A stretch of DNA of 32,000 nt from Candidatus Saccharimonadota bacterium (GCA_017993025.1 JAGONL010000001.1:12750-44749); one strand, 5' to 3'. Positions 1 through 9,468 are shown, counted from the stretch's first letter. The notes: generated by a model from the letters alone, not told the origin. Program-made: numbers and translations.

Positions 1-79
1 CTCTTGCAAACTGCCACTGGCAGTTTTCACCTACGAATGCTCACTCGTAGGTGATTCCTTCCGTCCCTAGAACCAATTT

Positions 80-102
80 AAAAACCCACCTTTCGGTGGG
101 TC
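80..102 (-). terminator. Intrinsic terminator-like hairpin
   Basis: Minus strand reads ACCCACC-gaaa-GGTGGG followed by a T tract; it follows a duplicated tRNA 3' tail. Confidence 0.6.
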
Positions 103-109
103 ATTAAAT

Positions 110-127
110 TGGCTAGGACGGTAGGAT
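110..127 (-). repeat. Duplicate of the tRNA-Gln 3' end (18 bp)
   Basis: tggctaggacggtaggat is identical to 271-288, in the same orientation, but the rest of a tRNA is absent. Confidence 0.75.
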
Positions 128-237
128 GCTTTACCTAAATAATCTAAGCGCCGAATATAATTCGGGCTTGAGACTATTTAGCGAACCTACTCGCTACGCG
201 AGTTGCTAGGTTCGAAGACTGCTGTAGTAGCCAAATG

Positions 238-262
238 AAAAACCCGTCTCGAAAGACGGGCT
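238..262 (-). terminator. Intrinsic terminator of tRNA-Gln
   Basis: CCCGTCT-4-nt loop-AGACGGG with a T tract on the minus strand, directly after the tRNA. Confidence 0.75.
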
Positions 263-270
263 CTACATTT

Positions 271-345
271 GGCTAGGACGGTAGGATTCGAACCTACGAA
301 TGCCAGTACCAAAAACTGGTGCCTTACCACTTGGCGACGTCCTAA
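271..345 (-). tRNA. tRNA-Gln (anticodon TTG), CCA encoded
   Basis: Reverse complement taggacgtcgccaagtggtaaggcaccagtTTTTGGTactggcattcgtaggttcgaatcctaccgtcctagcca; acceptor TAGGACG/CGTCCTA, anticodon stem CCAGT/ACTGG and T arm all pair. Confidence 0.93.
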
Positions 346-570
346 CGTCGTAAGTGTGATAGTGATTTAATCACACTGCCAGCAAAACAAGTTTCCTGGC
401 ACTGTCGATTATATCACTAAGCCTTCTCCTCTAAAATTCAAGAATCCTCTCTTGAATTTTTAAAAGCTACAAGCTAGAAAACATCTTAAAACTAGACAGA
501 TTATACCTAAAAACTCTGAACTTTTCCAGAGTAGAAAAAGACTTTATGATTAGACTATACTTAAGAAGTA

Positions 571-1545
571 TTGAAAATTTTCAACTTCATCACTAAAAAA
601 CCAATTAAAGCAGGCGTTTTAAGCGGCATAGTACTATCTGCTTCTTTAATAATAGTTTTCACACTAGTTACCCCAAAAGCTGATGCACCTGTCACTACCT
701 ATGACATTCCTGAGGAACTTAAAAAACTCCTTGAGTCTCCAGAACCTGTTGAACTACCGTTTGGTGGGCGTAGTGTCATACCAGATTATAGGTTTGTGGC
801 ATTGTACGGTAGCCCAGAATACCCCTCACTTGGTGCACTTGGCGAGCAACCTCTTGCTGACTCCATTACCCGTGTCAAGAATTTGACTGCTGAATACCAG
901 ATATTATCACCAGAAAAAATAATCCCAACATTTGAAATAATCACAACCGTAGCATCAGCAGAACCAACAGACAACCAAGATTACTCCCGCGAAATAGACC
1001 CTGCCAAGCTAAAACCCATTATAGACACGGCAAAAGAGCAGGGAATATACGTTGTGCTTGATTTGCAACCCGGTAGGACCGACTTCCTATCCCAGGCCAA
1101 GATATACGAGTCGCTACTACTAGAACCCCACGTAGGCCTTGCTCTTGACCCAGAGTGGCGACTTCAAACACCGCAGGCTAGGCACTTAAAGTCAGTAGGT
1201 TCAGTATCGGCGGACGAAATAAACCAAACCTCCGCCTGGCTATCAGAAATAGTTAAAACCCATGATTTACCCCAGAAAATATTCATGGTTCACCAGTTTA
1301 AAAACTCCATGATAACCAACCGCGAAACTCTTAAAACCGACTATCCAGAACTAGGCTACATCATCCATATGGACGGCCACAGCGCTCTGTCACAAAAAGT
1401 TGATACCTGGAACACCATTAGGGTTAATCTACCGGCAAACGTCTATATGGGCTGGAAGAATTTCTACGACGAGGACCGCCCAACTCCAACACCGGCAGAT
1501 ACCATGGCCCAACAACCAACCCCTCACTTCATTTCATATCAGTAA
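571..1545 (+). CDS. Hypothetical membrane-anchored/exported protein
   Basis: 324-aa ORF, TTG start, N-terminal hydrophobic segment then extracellular-like region; TATACT at 556-561. Confidence 0.8.
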   Translation: MKIFNFITKKPIKAGVLSGIVLSASLIIVFTLVTPKADAPVTTYDIPEELKKLLESPEPVELPFGGRSVIPDYRFVALYGSPEYPSLGALGEQPLADSITRVKNLTAEYQILSPEKIIPTFEIITTVASAEPTDNQDYSREIDPAKLKPIIDTAKEQGIYVVLDLQPGRTDFLSQAKIYESLLLEPHVGLALDPEWRLQTPQARHLKSVGSVSADEINQTSAWLSEIVKTHDLPQKIFMVHQFKNSMITNRETLKTDYPELGYIIHMDGHSALSQKVDTWNTIRVNLPANVYMGWKNFYDEDRPTPTPADTMAQQPTPHFISYQ

Positions 1546-1621
1546 TTCTACAGCAACATATTTTTCTATCGTTGTAAATATTCTACTTGCAAAGTCGACT
1601 TAACTTGTTTAGTCTTTATTT

Positions 1622-2419
1622 ATGAGCAGGCACAGTTTAATTGAAAGACCAGGGATGATTGAATGGGATGTGCATGCCACTAAATTGCTAAATGCACCAA
1701 ATTCAGACCAAACAATAGAAAAGAGACAAGAATTAGCCCAAAAACACGAAGTGGTTGCCGTATTTTTTGATACAAACGAAATTGCATCACAAGTAGCTAT
1801 TCACGCAGCAAGAGAAGTAAATACAGGAAGAGCAGCAAGAGCAAAACAAGTTGTTATGAAAAACGGCGGAAAGCCTTACCATGATGACAAAATTGCTGCA
1901 ATTAAAAAAATAGACCCAAATATTGTGGTTAAAGAAGACCATATTAGGACTAGTGCATATGACGGACCAGTATTTGTCGGTGCCCACGTTTTAACAGACA
2001 ATCCAGACATGCTTCCTCAAACTCTAGAACCAGGAGACGAAGTTGTTTTTAACGATGACGGTTTAGATACAGGTGAATCTCTTATGGTGTCCGCAGATTT
2101 TGTATATGATAATTATGGAATAACAGACTTCTCAGCTGACACCGCCTTAACGAAACAACCAGGGTTAATAATTGCAGGGTTCCGAGAGACAACAGCTTTG
2201 TTCTCGACACCTTTTGGTGTATTTGGAGAAGGTTATGGATTTGATAATAATGGAAAAAACAGGGAGACTCGCATAGTAGCGGTTTCTTGGAACCAAGATC
2301 CTGCGAATTTCGAGAGAGTTGAACATACCTTGGATGTACTAGGCGGTACTGCCGGTTTTGCTATAGCATCAATTGATGAAATCATAAAATACAACAGAGA
2401 AAGACTTAGTTTAAACTAA
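1622..2419 (+). CDS. Hypothetical protein
   Basis: 265-aa ORF; promoter-like TTGCAA(1587-1592)-17-TAGTCT(1610-1615)-6 nt-ATG. Confidence 0.8.
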   Translation: MSRHSLIERPGMIEWDVHATKLLNAPNSDQTIEKRQELAQKHEVVAVFFDTNEIASQVAIHAAREVNTGRAARAKQVVMKNGGKPYHDDKIAAIKKIDPNIVVKEDHIRTSAYDGPVFVGAHVLTDNPDMLPQTLEPGDEVVFNDDGLDTGESLMVSADFVYDNYGITDFSADTALTKQPGLIIAGFRETTALFSTPFGVFGEGYGFDNNGKNRETRIVAVSWNQDPANFERVEHTLDVLGGTAGFAIASIDEIIKYNRERLSLN

Positions 2420-2446
2420 TTTGCTAGTCATTGACTACTTAGCAAG

Positions 2447-3586
2447 CTACAGAATTAACATGGCGTCGCCAAAAGAGTAGAACCTATACTTTTCAGCAAT
2501 TGCGTGGTCATAAATCCGTTTTAGTTCAGCCTCAGACCCCACAAAAGCCTCGACCATCAAAAGTAAACTTGTACCAGGTAGATGAAAGTTAGTAATCATA
2601 CTATTAACAGTCTTAAAGCTATACCCAGGCTGGATAAAAATATCCGTACTGCTCATCAAATCGCCAGACACAGCCCAGGATTCCAGTGTACGTACAGTTG
2701 TCGTACCGACCGCTGTTATGTGTTTTGCACTCAGTAGTTTATCAGCCACCCCAGGCTTTATCTCATACCATTCAGCATGCAGTTTTCCGGTCTCAAAGTT
2801 CACATCTGTCAAACTAGCGAAAGTGCCAAGCCCCACGTGTAATGTTACTTCCTCTACGTCATGTTCAGTTTTAACCTTTTCAAGTAATTGGTCTGTAAAA
2901 TGTAGCCCAGCAGTAGGCGCAGCTTTAGACCCCAGTGGTTTAGCATAAATCGTCTGGTATTCTTCGGCCAGTTTGTCGTTTTGCAGGCATACACTACATA
3001 CTACTCTTTCTGATTCAGGGGCACCTGAAAGTGACGAGATAGGTGTTTTATCTGACTGAGGCGATACTGAAGTATCGGTGATGGAGGAAAAACGACTAGA
3101 TTGTTGCTTTAGGTGTTCCTGAACTCGAGAGCAGGAGTGTGTGGGGTGTGCCCTAATGTAAGGTGGCAGGGGGATATGCTCAACGGCTAGCAATCGCTTA
3201 TCGTCATGTTGGATATTCAGTTTTAGCGTTCTAATTCCATCATCATCAATAGCAGTCGTCTCCACCGATAGCCATTTATTAATCTCAGACTTTTGGCCAA
3301 GTTTAAACTTACTTCCAGGCCTTATTAGCGCCCTAATGGTGTGAGTATCCAGCTTTTCCAGTACAAATATCTCTGTTTTGCCAGCGTCAAACAACCACCT
3401 ACAGTTTTCAACCTTAGAGTTATTAACAACTAATGTCGTATCTGGTTTCAAAAATTTAGGCAGTTCAGAAAAAACCGTATCAATTATAGTTTTATCAGCA
3501 CGTGAATATACCAGTAACCTAGCAGAATCGCGAGGGTGGGCAGGCTCCTGAGCAATCAGCTCCTTAGGCAATTCAAAATCAATCAT
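2447..3586 (-). CDS. queA: S-adenosylmethionine:tRNA ribosyltransferase-isomerase QueA
   Basis: MIDFELPKELIAQEPAHPRDSARLLV start, YAKPLGSKAAPTAGLHFT, HVGLGTF, NFHLPGTSLLLMVEAF motifs. Confidence 0.95.
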   Translation of the reverse strand: MIDFELPKELIAQEPAHPRDSARLLVYSRADKTIIDTVFSELPKFLKPDTTLVVNNSKVENCRWLFDAGKTEIFVLEKLDTHTIRALIRPGSKFKLGQKSEINKWLSVETTAIDDDGIRTLKLNIQHDDKRLLAVEHIPLPPYIRAHPTHSCSRVQEHLKQQSSRFSSITDTSVSPQSDKTPISSLSGAPESERVVCSVCLQNDKLAEEYQTIYAKPLGSKAAPTAGLHFTDQLLEKVKTEHDVEEVTLHVGLGTFASLTDVNFETGKLHAEWYEIKPGVADKLLSAKHITAVGTTTVRTLESWAVSGDLMSSTDIFIQPGYSFKTVNSMITNFHLPGTSLLLMVEAFVGSEAELKRIYDHAIAEKYRFYSFGDAMLIL

Positions 3587-3659
3587 CCACTACTTTATAA
3601 CAGATTAGATTGAACATAATCTATTGACTTATATACCATTTTGTTATATTAATAATTTA

Positions 3660-4136
3660 ATGTATGGAATATTACAAAACTACACCTATGCTGAACAGCT
3701 CGGATATAATCCGGAAATAGTTAAGGGCTATGTAGTCGGACTTCAGAGGAATAATCATGGCGTATATATTTTTGATGTTGCCGCAGCTAGGGCACCTCAC
3801 CACGGGTATGTTGAAAGCCTAACAGGATTTGTCGCTTTAGAAGTAGATATTGGTGCCAATATTGATTCTCCTTACCCTGTTACAGATATAAGCTTCGAAA
3901 CAGACCCAAATAATCCTCTCTTAATAGAACTATTTACTTACGAAGCCGACCCGGATGACGATGATTCTGAAATAGTTCTCGGGGTTGCACAAGCGCTTTG
4001 GATGGCATTAAAAGGTAAAATTCCTAAGTCAGAAAGCATGAGGTGCAAACAAGTTTTTGACCAAAATACTACACATAAATCTTGGCTAAACGAAATAGAT
4101 TTTCTTGGCAAGATAAAAGCAGAAGAACAATTTTAG
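3660..4136 (+). CDS. Hypothetical protein
   Basis: ORF track starts at 3624, but that TTG is part of TTGACT (3624-3629); -10 TATTAA at 3647-3652 and ATG at 3660 favour a 158-aa product. Confidence 0.7.
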   Translation: MYGILQNYTYAEQLGYNPEIVKGYVVGLQRNNHGVYIFDVAAARAPHHGYVESLTGFVALEVDIGANIDSPYPVTDISFETDPNNPLLIELFTYEADPDDDDSEIVLGVAQALWMALKGKIPKSESMRCKQVFDQNTTHKSWLNEIDFLGKIKAEEQF

Positions 4137-4218
4137 TTTCTATTGTGTTTCTATAACCAAAGATAAAAAAATACGACAAGCTATTGACTTTATTGTAATT
4201 ATGTGCTATTATAGAATG

Positions 4219-6018
4219 ATGAATAGTCCCCAGAATACTCTTTTTTACTTAGATTTTGCGACAATTGAAGCAAGAGACACACTTTGTGCTGAAGTCAGCA
4301 AAAGACTCGACCCAGATAATTCAAGGCTACGCCAAGATCCAGATTTTTCACTATTGGGTCAGCAAATGGTCGTAAGAGCGCTTGAACTTAAGCCAGTAGA
4401 CATAGTAATTCTTACAGAAGATGCCAAACGAGACGAAGATTCAGATGATTTTAGAAAACAACAAAGGTCTGCTGAGCTTACTAACGGTATTGTCCAGGCA
4501 AGAGAATTCCAACCCTCATTAGTTGTATTAAATTCACTTAATAGAATAACCAGAAATGACATATCAGGTGATCTAAACCTTGAACTAGCACGAGGATATA
4601 GCGAAATTGCATTGCGAACTGGAAAAACCGGTCCTGAAAGCATTTTCTTGCAACGCGCAAACGAAAACGCACTAGTGGCTATTGTAAAAATGACTGATCA
4701 ACATGATACCGAAAAATTGATAGAAATATCTAAAGAAGCTTACTTGACAGATTTTGTAGCGACAAAAGTAAAATTAGCTTTGCTTTCAATGAGCGACTAT
4801 GACCAGGTAAGGGACGATCACGACCAATCAGCAGAAGAAATCTACCAAGAGCTAAAGCCAGGTTTTACTGAAATTGTGAGTCAACCAGACTTCATTAAGT
4901 CCGATTTAGACAAGAAATTATTCACTCAATTTATAGAAAGCACAGTCGAAAGTAGGCTAGATCATTTTGAAGAACTACTAGAACTTATTGAAAAGGCTCT
5001 AGACGAAGATAGTATATTCAACTACGCTATCAAACGACTATACGAAGCAACCATGGAGAGTGCTATTTTCAGAGGCTCAAAAATGCTACTTGATGCAGAA
5101 AAAACAATTGAAAGAATAAAAAGCCCTAATACTCTAAATTTCTATTTACTGGACCTACACGCAAAATACGAACTTAACGAGAGGCTGAGGAGTGAAGCAG
5201 GCGAAGCACCACAAGAGCCGTTCTATGTCCAGGCTCTTGATGTAATGGATAAAGTTAGGCTAAATACTGATAGAAACAGCATATACTATGGAGATGATGC
5301 AGACTTTGTAAATGTCGTAATAGAGGATATCGCACGGCACAATGACCTAGATGCTTTTACCAGATTTACTGAATCAGATGTTCGAAAATTTATAAACGCT
5401 GGATACTCTCAAAATATTCTTTTTGAAAAACTACTTTCTTTTGGTGATATAGATGTTGCAAACGAAATCCTACCTGTTATTGTAAAAAACCTTCAAAACG
5501 ATTTACTGATCAGGTTCTCACAAACTGCATCAGAAATGGGCAGAACAGATTTGTGTAATAATGCATTTAATTTGGCTGGTGGCAAGAGATTAAGGGCAGA
5601 ACTTCACGGAATTTTAATGGATTCAAAAAAAGACGATGTTTCGGGAGTTGTAAAAAGTCTTGAAGACCGAACTGTACCTGCATTATCTAGAGTCAAGAAC
5701 TACCTAACTTTCAGAGCAGATAATGAAGCCGTAGATATCCCAGATTCAACAATCATCAAGATGATTGAGCAGTGCGATCAAAAATCAAAAGGTGCACTAA
5801 GGCCACTTATGGAAGTCGCCAAAATTGGCTTCATAAAAGAGAGTCTAGCCGTAGTCTTAGCAGTATTTCCTAAACTAAACGATGAATTTAGAATTAATGC
5901 TCTATTAGTTACACGTCACTCGCACCCAGATTGGGTTGAACAGATGCTGTTAGTTTCTGATGCTAAAACAGCTAAAGGCTACTATGAAATTCTAGAATCA
6001 CTAGGCTTGTCGAAATAA
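4219..6018 (+). CDS. Hypothetical protein, probably helical
   Basis: Long ORF; start moved from 4201 because TTGACT(4184-4189)-17-TATTAT(4207-4212) overlaps the proposed start and ATG 4219 lies 6 nt after the -10. Confidence 0.8.
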   Translation: MNSPQNTLFYLDFATIEARDTLCAEVSKRLDPDNSRLRQDPDFSLLGQQMVVRALELKPVDIVILTEDAKRDEDSDDFRKQQRSAELTNGIVQAREFQPSLVVLNSLNRITRNDISGDLNLELARGYSEIALRTGKTGPESIFLQRANENALVAIVKMTDQHDTEKLIEISKEAYLTDFVATKVKLALLSMSDYDQVRDDHDQSAEEIYQELKPGFTEIVSQPDFIKSDLDKKLFTQFIESTVESRLDHFEELLELIEKALDEDSIFNYAIKRLYEATMESAIFRGSKMLLDAEKTIERIKSPNTLNFYLLDLHAKYELNERLRSEAGEAPQEPFYVQALDVMDKVRLNTDRNSIYYGDDADFVNVVIEDIARHNDLDAFTRFTESDVRKFINAGYSQNILFEKLLSFGDIDVANEILPVIVKNLQNDLLIRFSQTASEMGRTDLCNNAFNLAGGKRLRAELHGILMDSKKDDVSGVVKSLEDRTVPALSRVKNYLTFRADNEAVDIPDSTIIKMIEQCDQKSKGALRPLMEVAKIGFIKESLAVVLAVFPKLNDEFRINALLVTRHSHPDWVEQMLLVSDAKTAKGYYEILESLGLSK

Positions 6019-6063
6019 TTGCTATTTGATAGTTGCCAGTATTTATCCCGGCCGATATTGGGT

Positions 6064-6097
6064 GTTTAGTTCAGGCGTAGAATACTAAACTTTTTTT
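6064..6097 (+). terminator. Intrinsic terminator
   Basis: GTTTAGT (6064-6070) / ACTAAAC (6084-6090) followed by seven T residues. Confidence 0.75.
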
Positions 6098-6099
6098 GT

Positions 6100-6159
6100 T
6101 GCTCGTGGGCTAGCCGGCTCCTGAGCTATCAGCTCATTTGGGAGTTCAAAATCTATCAT
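6100..6159 (-). pseudogene. Truncated queA 5'-end remnant
   Basis: Minus strand from 6159 encodes MIDFELPNELIAQEPASPRATKK, matching intact QueA MIDFELPKELIAQEPAHPRDSAR, also at DNA level. Confidence 0.82.
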
Positions 6160-6278
6160 TGTGTTATGCATATTATAATAAAGTAACGGTAAAAATAGTA
6201 ATTAGTTTTTCAAGATAGTTGTAATCTAAGGCACTTTAAAGTGGCCATTATTTCAAATAAAGTCTTGAGGCTTGCAAG

Positions 6279-7229
6279 TTATGATACCTGTGAATTAGCA
6301 GGCGGTAAGTTTATAGATTCTGGCGGTAGCTGTTTAATGATTCTTTGCAGTCGTGTGTATAGTCCGCCTTCATGACACAAATAGCTTCCGCTTTTATATA
6401 TATAAGTTGGAGATATGTAATCATACCCATCGCGTCCACCGGGATCTGTTAAGACCTTATTACTCCACGCAAAGACTTGTCCGTCACCAATCACCAGCGG
6501 TCTTGAGTAATGCCCTTCAGAGCCATTTATTTTCATATGGTCTGCATGTTGCTTATCGAGAGTTGTAGTATCTTTAGGTACGTCATTCACAGCTTTAGTT
6601 ACAACCCACTGCCCTAGTAAGTACGCATCTTTACTGACAGCAACTCGTTCGTCAACTTCTCTAAGCAGACCGTCAGTACATAAATATACTTTTTTTGTAT
6701 TTGTAGGGTCAAGGTCGATTGCACTGTTGTCATGTCTATAATTAGCAGTAACCACACTCGACATTCCGTTTCTTCCAAATTGGACGCCACCAAGTACCCT
6801 AGCTCCTAATAAATAACCCGATGGCGCAGGTACGGATCTTGCCTCCTCAAAAATTTTATTTCTTGTTAGCCCAAACCATCTACGCTCAGTAACTTGGAGT
6901 CTTTTTTCTTCACTGACTAGCGCTTTAGCTCCTGGTAACCCAGCACTTCGCATTGCATTTAGAAAATTAGCAATAAGATCAACTTCATCACCACTGAATA
7001 TTTCAGCTGGGTCGGTTCCTGAAAATAAGTGGTATTCATCAAGCCACTCCTGGTGGCAGCTAATTTTTGCCGCAGTGATTGTCTCTAAGTTCTGTCGAAT
7101 AGCCTCTTCTTCAGCAACACGCTTAGTCTCCGCTAATTGTCTCTCGGCTTCTTCTTGAGTAGGGTCAATTGGTGGGAGCAGTTGATTAGACATAGCTTGT
7201 GCTCTTAGCGCTTCGATAAAGTCTGCCAT
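6279..7229 (-). CDS. Hypothetical protein, paralog of 7587-8564
   Basis: 316-aa ORF; shares the N-terminal EALRxQA...P..DP, EKRL..ER..FGxTR, KKVYLCxDGxLREVD and FGDGQ-like blocks with the second copy. Confidence 0.85.
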   Translation of the reverse strand: MADFIEALRAQAMSNQLLPPIDPTQEEAERQLAETKRVAEEEAIRQNLETITAAKISCHQEWLDEYHLFSGTDPAEIFSGDEVDLIANFLNAMRSAGLPGAKALVSEEKRLQVTERRWFGLTRNKIFEEARSVPAPSGYLLGARVLGGVQFGRNGMSSVVTANYRHDNSAIDLDPTNTKKVYLCTDGLLREVDERVAVSKDAYLLGQWVVTKAVNDVPKDTTTLDKQHADHMKINGSEGHYSRPLVIGDGQVFAWSNKVLTDPGGRDGYDYISPTYIYKSGSYLCHEGGLYTRLQRIIKQLPPESINLPPANSQVS

Positions 7230-7371
7230 ATTAAAAACCTCAACAATATTATTTAATTATGTTTACAATAACGCAAATTTCATAGAAAATCAATCATTAT
7301 CTTTGTCTATAACAGATAAGAATATTGTTAACGATTGACTTTAATATGTTTTTATGATATGATTAAAAGAT

Positions 7372-7563
7372 ATGGCCACTCTGCCCGACGTAAATCATTA
7401 TGGAATACCATATTCACCTGAAGATAAGCAGAATCATCTTCGGGTTGTACCTGTTGAAGCAACAGTGCCTGATGTAATTGAAAGAATAATATCTGCATCA
7501 CCCAGAGAGACAGTTGCTAGTTTCGCACTTCGCAACGGCATGGATGCTCTTTTTGAATCTTAA
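7372..7563 (+). CDS. Small hypothetical protein (63 aa)
   Basis: ORF preceded by TTGACT(7335-7340)-17-TATGAT(7358-7363)-8 nt-ATG. Confidence 0.6.
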   Translation: MATLPDVNHYGIPYSPEDKQNHLRVVPVEATVPDVIERIISASPRETVASFALRNGMDALFES

Positions 7564-7586
7564 ATCACCTAGTGCTAGTTTATAAT

Positions 7587-8564
7587 TTACTCGTGAGAAG
7601 TGGGTCTCTCAGCTGGTATTTTTATTGATTCTGGAGATAGCCCCTTAATGATTCTTAATAGTCTTGTATGTAGCCCTCCATCCTCGAAAGGTAAATAATC
7701 AGTATGAGTGATCTCAAATGTTGGACTTTCGTAGTGATATCCGTCTTGTTCTCCTGAGTTGCTCATATGTCTGTGTCCTTTACCGCATATTTGTCCATCA
7801 CCGAATATCAATGGATTAGTGTATGAACCTTTGATAACTGACACTCTATTATGATTTCTAACTTGTCGATTGAGACTCATTGTACCTTTAGGTACTTCAA
7901 GCACTGCCTTAGTTACGGCCCATTGACCAAGAAAGTAAGCTTCTCTATTAATAATTACGTTGTCATCGACTTCTCTAAGCATACCGTCAGCACACAAATA
8001 CACTTTCTTTATTTTTGTACTATCAAAAGAGCTGTATGATCCACTCTCTCCTTTTTGTTCTCTATATTGAACTGTACCAAGTTCAGCATCTTCTAGTCTA
8101 CTACCACCTAGCTCGACAGAAGCACCTGCTAATCTTACTCCAAGTAAGTACCCCAGCGTGACTGGCAGTGATCTGGTTTCATCAACTGTTATAGTTCTTG
8201 TCCTGCCGAACCTTTTTCGTTCAACATCTTGAAGTCTTTTTTCTTCGCTTGATAATGCAACTGCACCAGGCAATCCGGCTGAGTGCATAACTGGGAGAAA
8301 ATTCGCGAGTATTTTTAACTCTGTTTCCGAGAAAATTTCTGCGGGGTTAGTTCCTGGGAATAAGTGATAATCATTAAGCCACTTTCGGTAATCTCCGATT
8401 TTGGCTGCAGTAATAATTTTTAAATTCTGTTCCGCGATAGCTGCCTCGTTGGCATGCTGTACTTCTGCTAACTGCCTATCTGCCTCGACTTGTTGGGGAT
8501 CAACTGGCGGGGGTAGCGGGTTGGGTGTGGCTTGAACTCGTAACGCTTCAAAATAATCTACCAT
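7587..8564 (-). CDS. Hypothetical protein, paralog of 6279-7229
   Basis: 325-aa ORF with near-colinear similarity to the neighbouring minus-strand ORF and a conserved upstream block. Confidence 0.85.
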   Translation of the reverse strand: MVDYFEALRVQATPNPLPPPVDPQQVEADRQLAEVQHANEAAIAEQNLKIITAAKIGDYRKWLNDYHLFPGTNPAEIFSETELKILANFLPVMHSAGLPGAVALSSEEKRLQDVERKRFGRTRTITVDETRSLPVTLGYLLGVRLAGASVELGGSRLEDAELGTVQYREQKGESGSYSSFDSTKIKKVYLCADGMLREVDDNVIINREAYFLGQWAVTKAVLEVPKGTMSLNRQVRNHNRVSVIKGSYTNPLIFGDGQICGKGHRHMSNSGEQDGYHYESPTFEITHTDYLPFEDGGLHTRLLRIIKGLSPESIKIPAERPTSHE

Positions 8565-8721
8565 TCAAAAAACCTCAACAATACTATTTAACTAAATTTA
8601 CAATAACGCAAATATCATAGAAAATCAATGTCTGTTTTCGTTCAGACTATAGCAACACAAAACGGTATAGAATCACTTTTTCTTCTCTAGTTTAGCTTGA
8701 TTATTAGTTTATAATTATAAT

Positions 8722-9231
8722 ATGAAATCGATAGTTCTAGGCGGTGGATGTTTTTGGTGCTTAGAAGCCGTATACCAACAGGTACGTGGTGTTGAAAAGA
8801 TAGTCTCAGGCTACGCCGGTGGCGATTTGCGCAATCCGACTTATGAAAATCATGGTACTCATGCAGAGGTAGTTCAAATATCTTATGATGAATCAGTAAT
8901 AAGCCTCGAAAAACTATTAGAAATCTTTTTCTACGTTCACGACCCAACAACAGTCAACCAGCAGGGTAATGACATAGGCACTCAGTACCGGTCAATTATT
9001 CTTTGTAACGACCACATAGAATCAGATTTAGCTCGCTCTATTATTAGAGGCTCACAAGGCTTGTGGCCAAATCCAATAGTCACAGAAGTGACTCTGCTTG
9101 AGAAATTCTACCCGGCAGAAGATTATCACCAAGATTTCTATAACCAAAATCAGAATAATGGCTACTGCCAAGTCATAATCAACCCAAAACTAGCCAAATT
9201 TAAAACAAAATTTGCAAAATATCTTCAATAG
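8722..9231 (+). CDS. msrA: Peptide methionine sulfoxide reductase MsrA
   Basis: GGGCFWCLEAVYQQVRGVEKIVSGYAGG, HDPTTVNQQGNDIGTQYRSII, AEDYHQDF motifs. Confidence 0.96.
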   Translation: MKSIVLGGGCFWCLEAVYQQVRGVEKIVSGYAGGDLRNPTYENHGTHAEVVQISYDESVISLEKLLEIFFYVHDPTTVNQQGNDIGTQYRSIILCNDHIESDLARSIIRGSQGLWPNPIVTEVTLLEKFYPAEDYHQDFYNQNQNNGYCQVIINPKLAKFKTKFAKYLQ

Positions 9232-9391
9232 GACTTTCGCGCTTTTCAATCGTTACAGATACAGAATTTTAGTGAGCTTTCGTATATACTTCTTTATTCG
9301 AGGGCTATCCAAAGATAACGTGAGGATAAAAAGTTAGACGAAAGACGCTAAAAGCTGTAGGTGTTTGGTTGATAAAGTGCGAAAGTCCTAT
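9228..9391. repeat. Long interrupted palindrome, possible structured RNA or small MITE-like element
   Basis: ATAGGACTTTCGC (9228-9240) / GCGAAAGTCCTAT (9379-9391), with nested TACAG/CTGTA, TTTTAG/CTAAAA and CTTTCGT/ACGAAAG helices. Confidence 0.75.
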
Positions 9392-9468
9392 GAAGTAAAT
9401 ATGTGTTAAATGTCACACTATTTACTCCTGAGGCTCATGTTATACTCTGTCAGTAAAGAGGGTAACAA

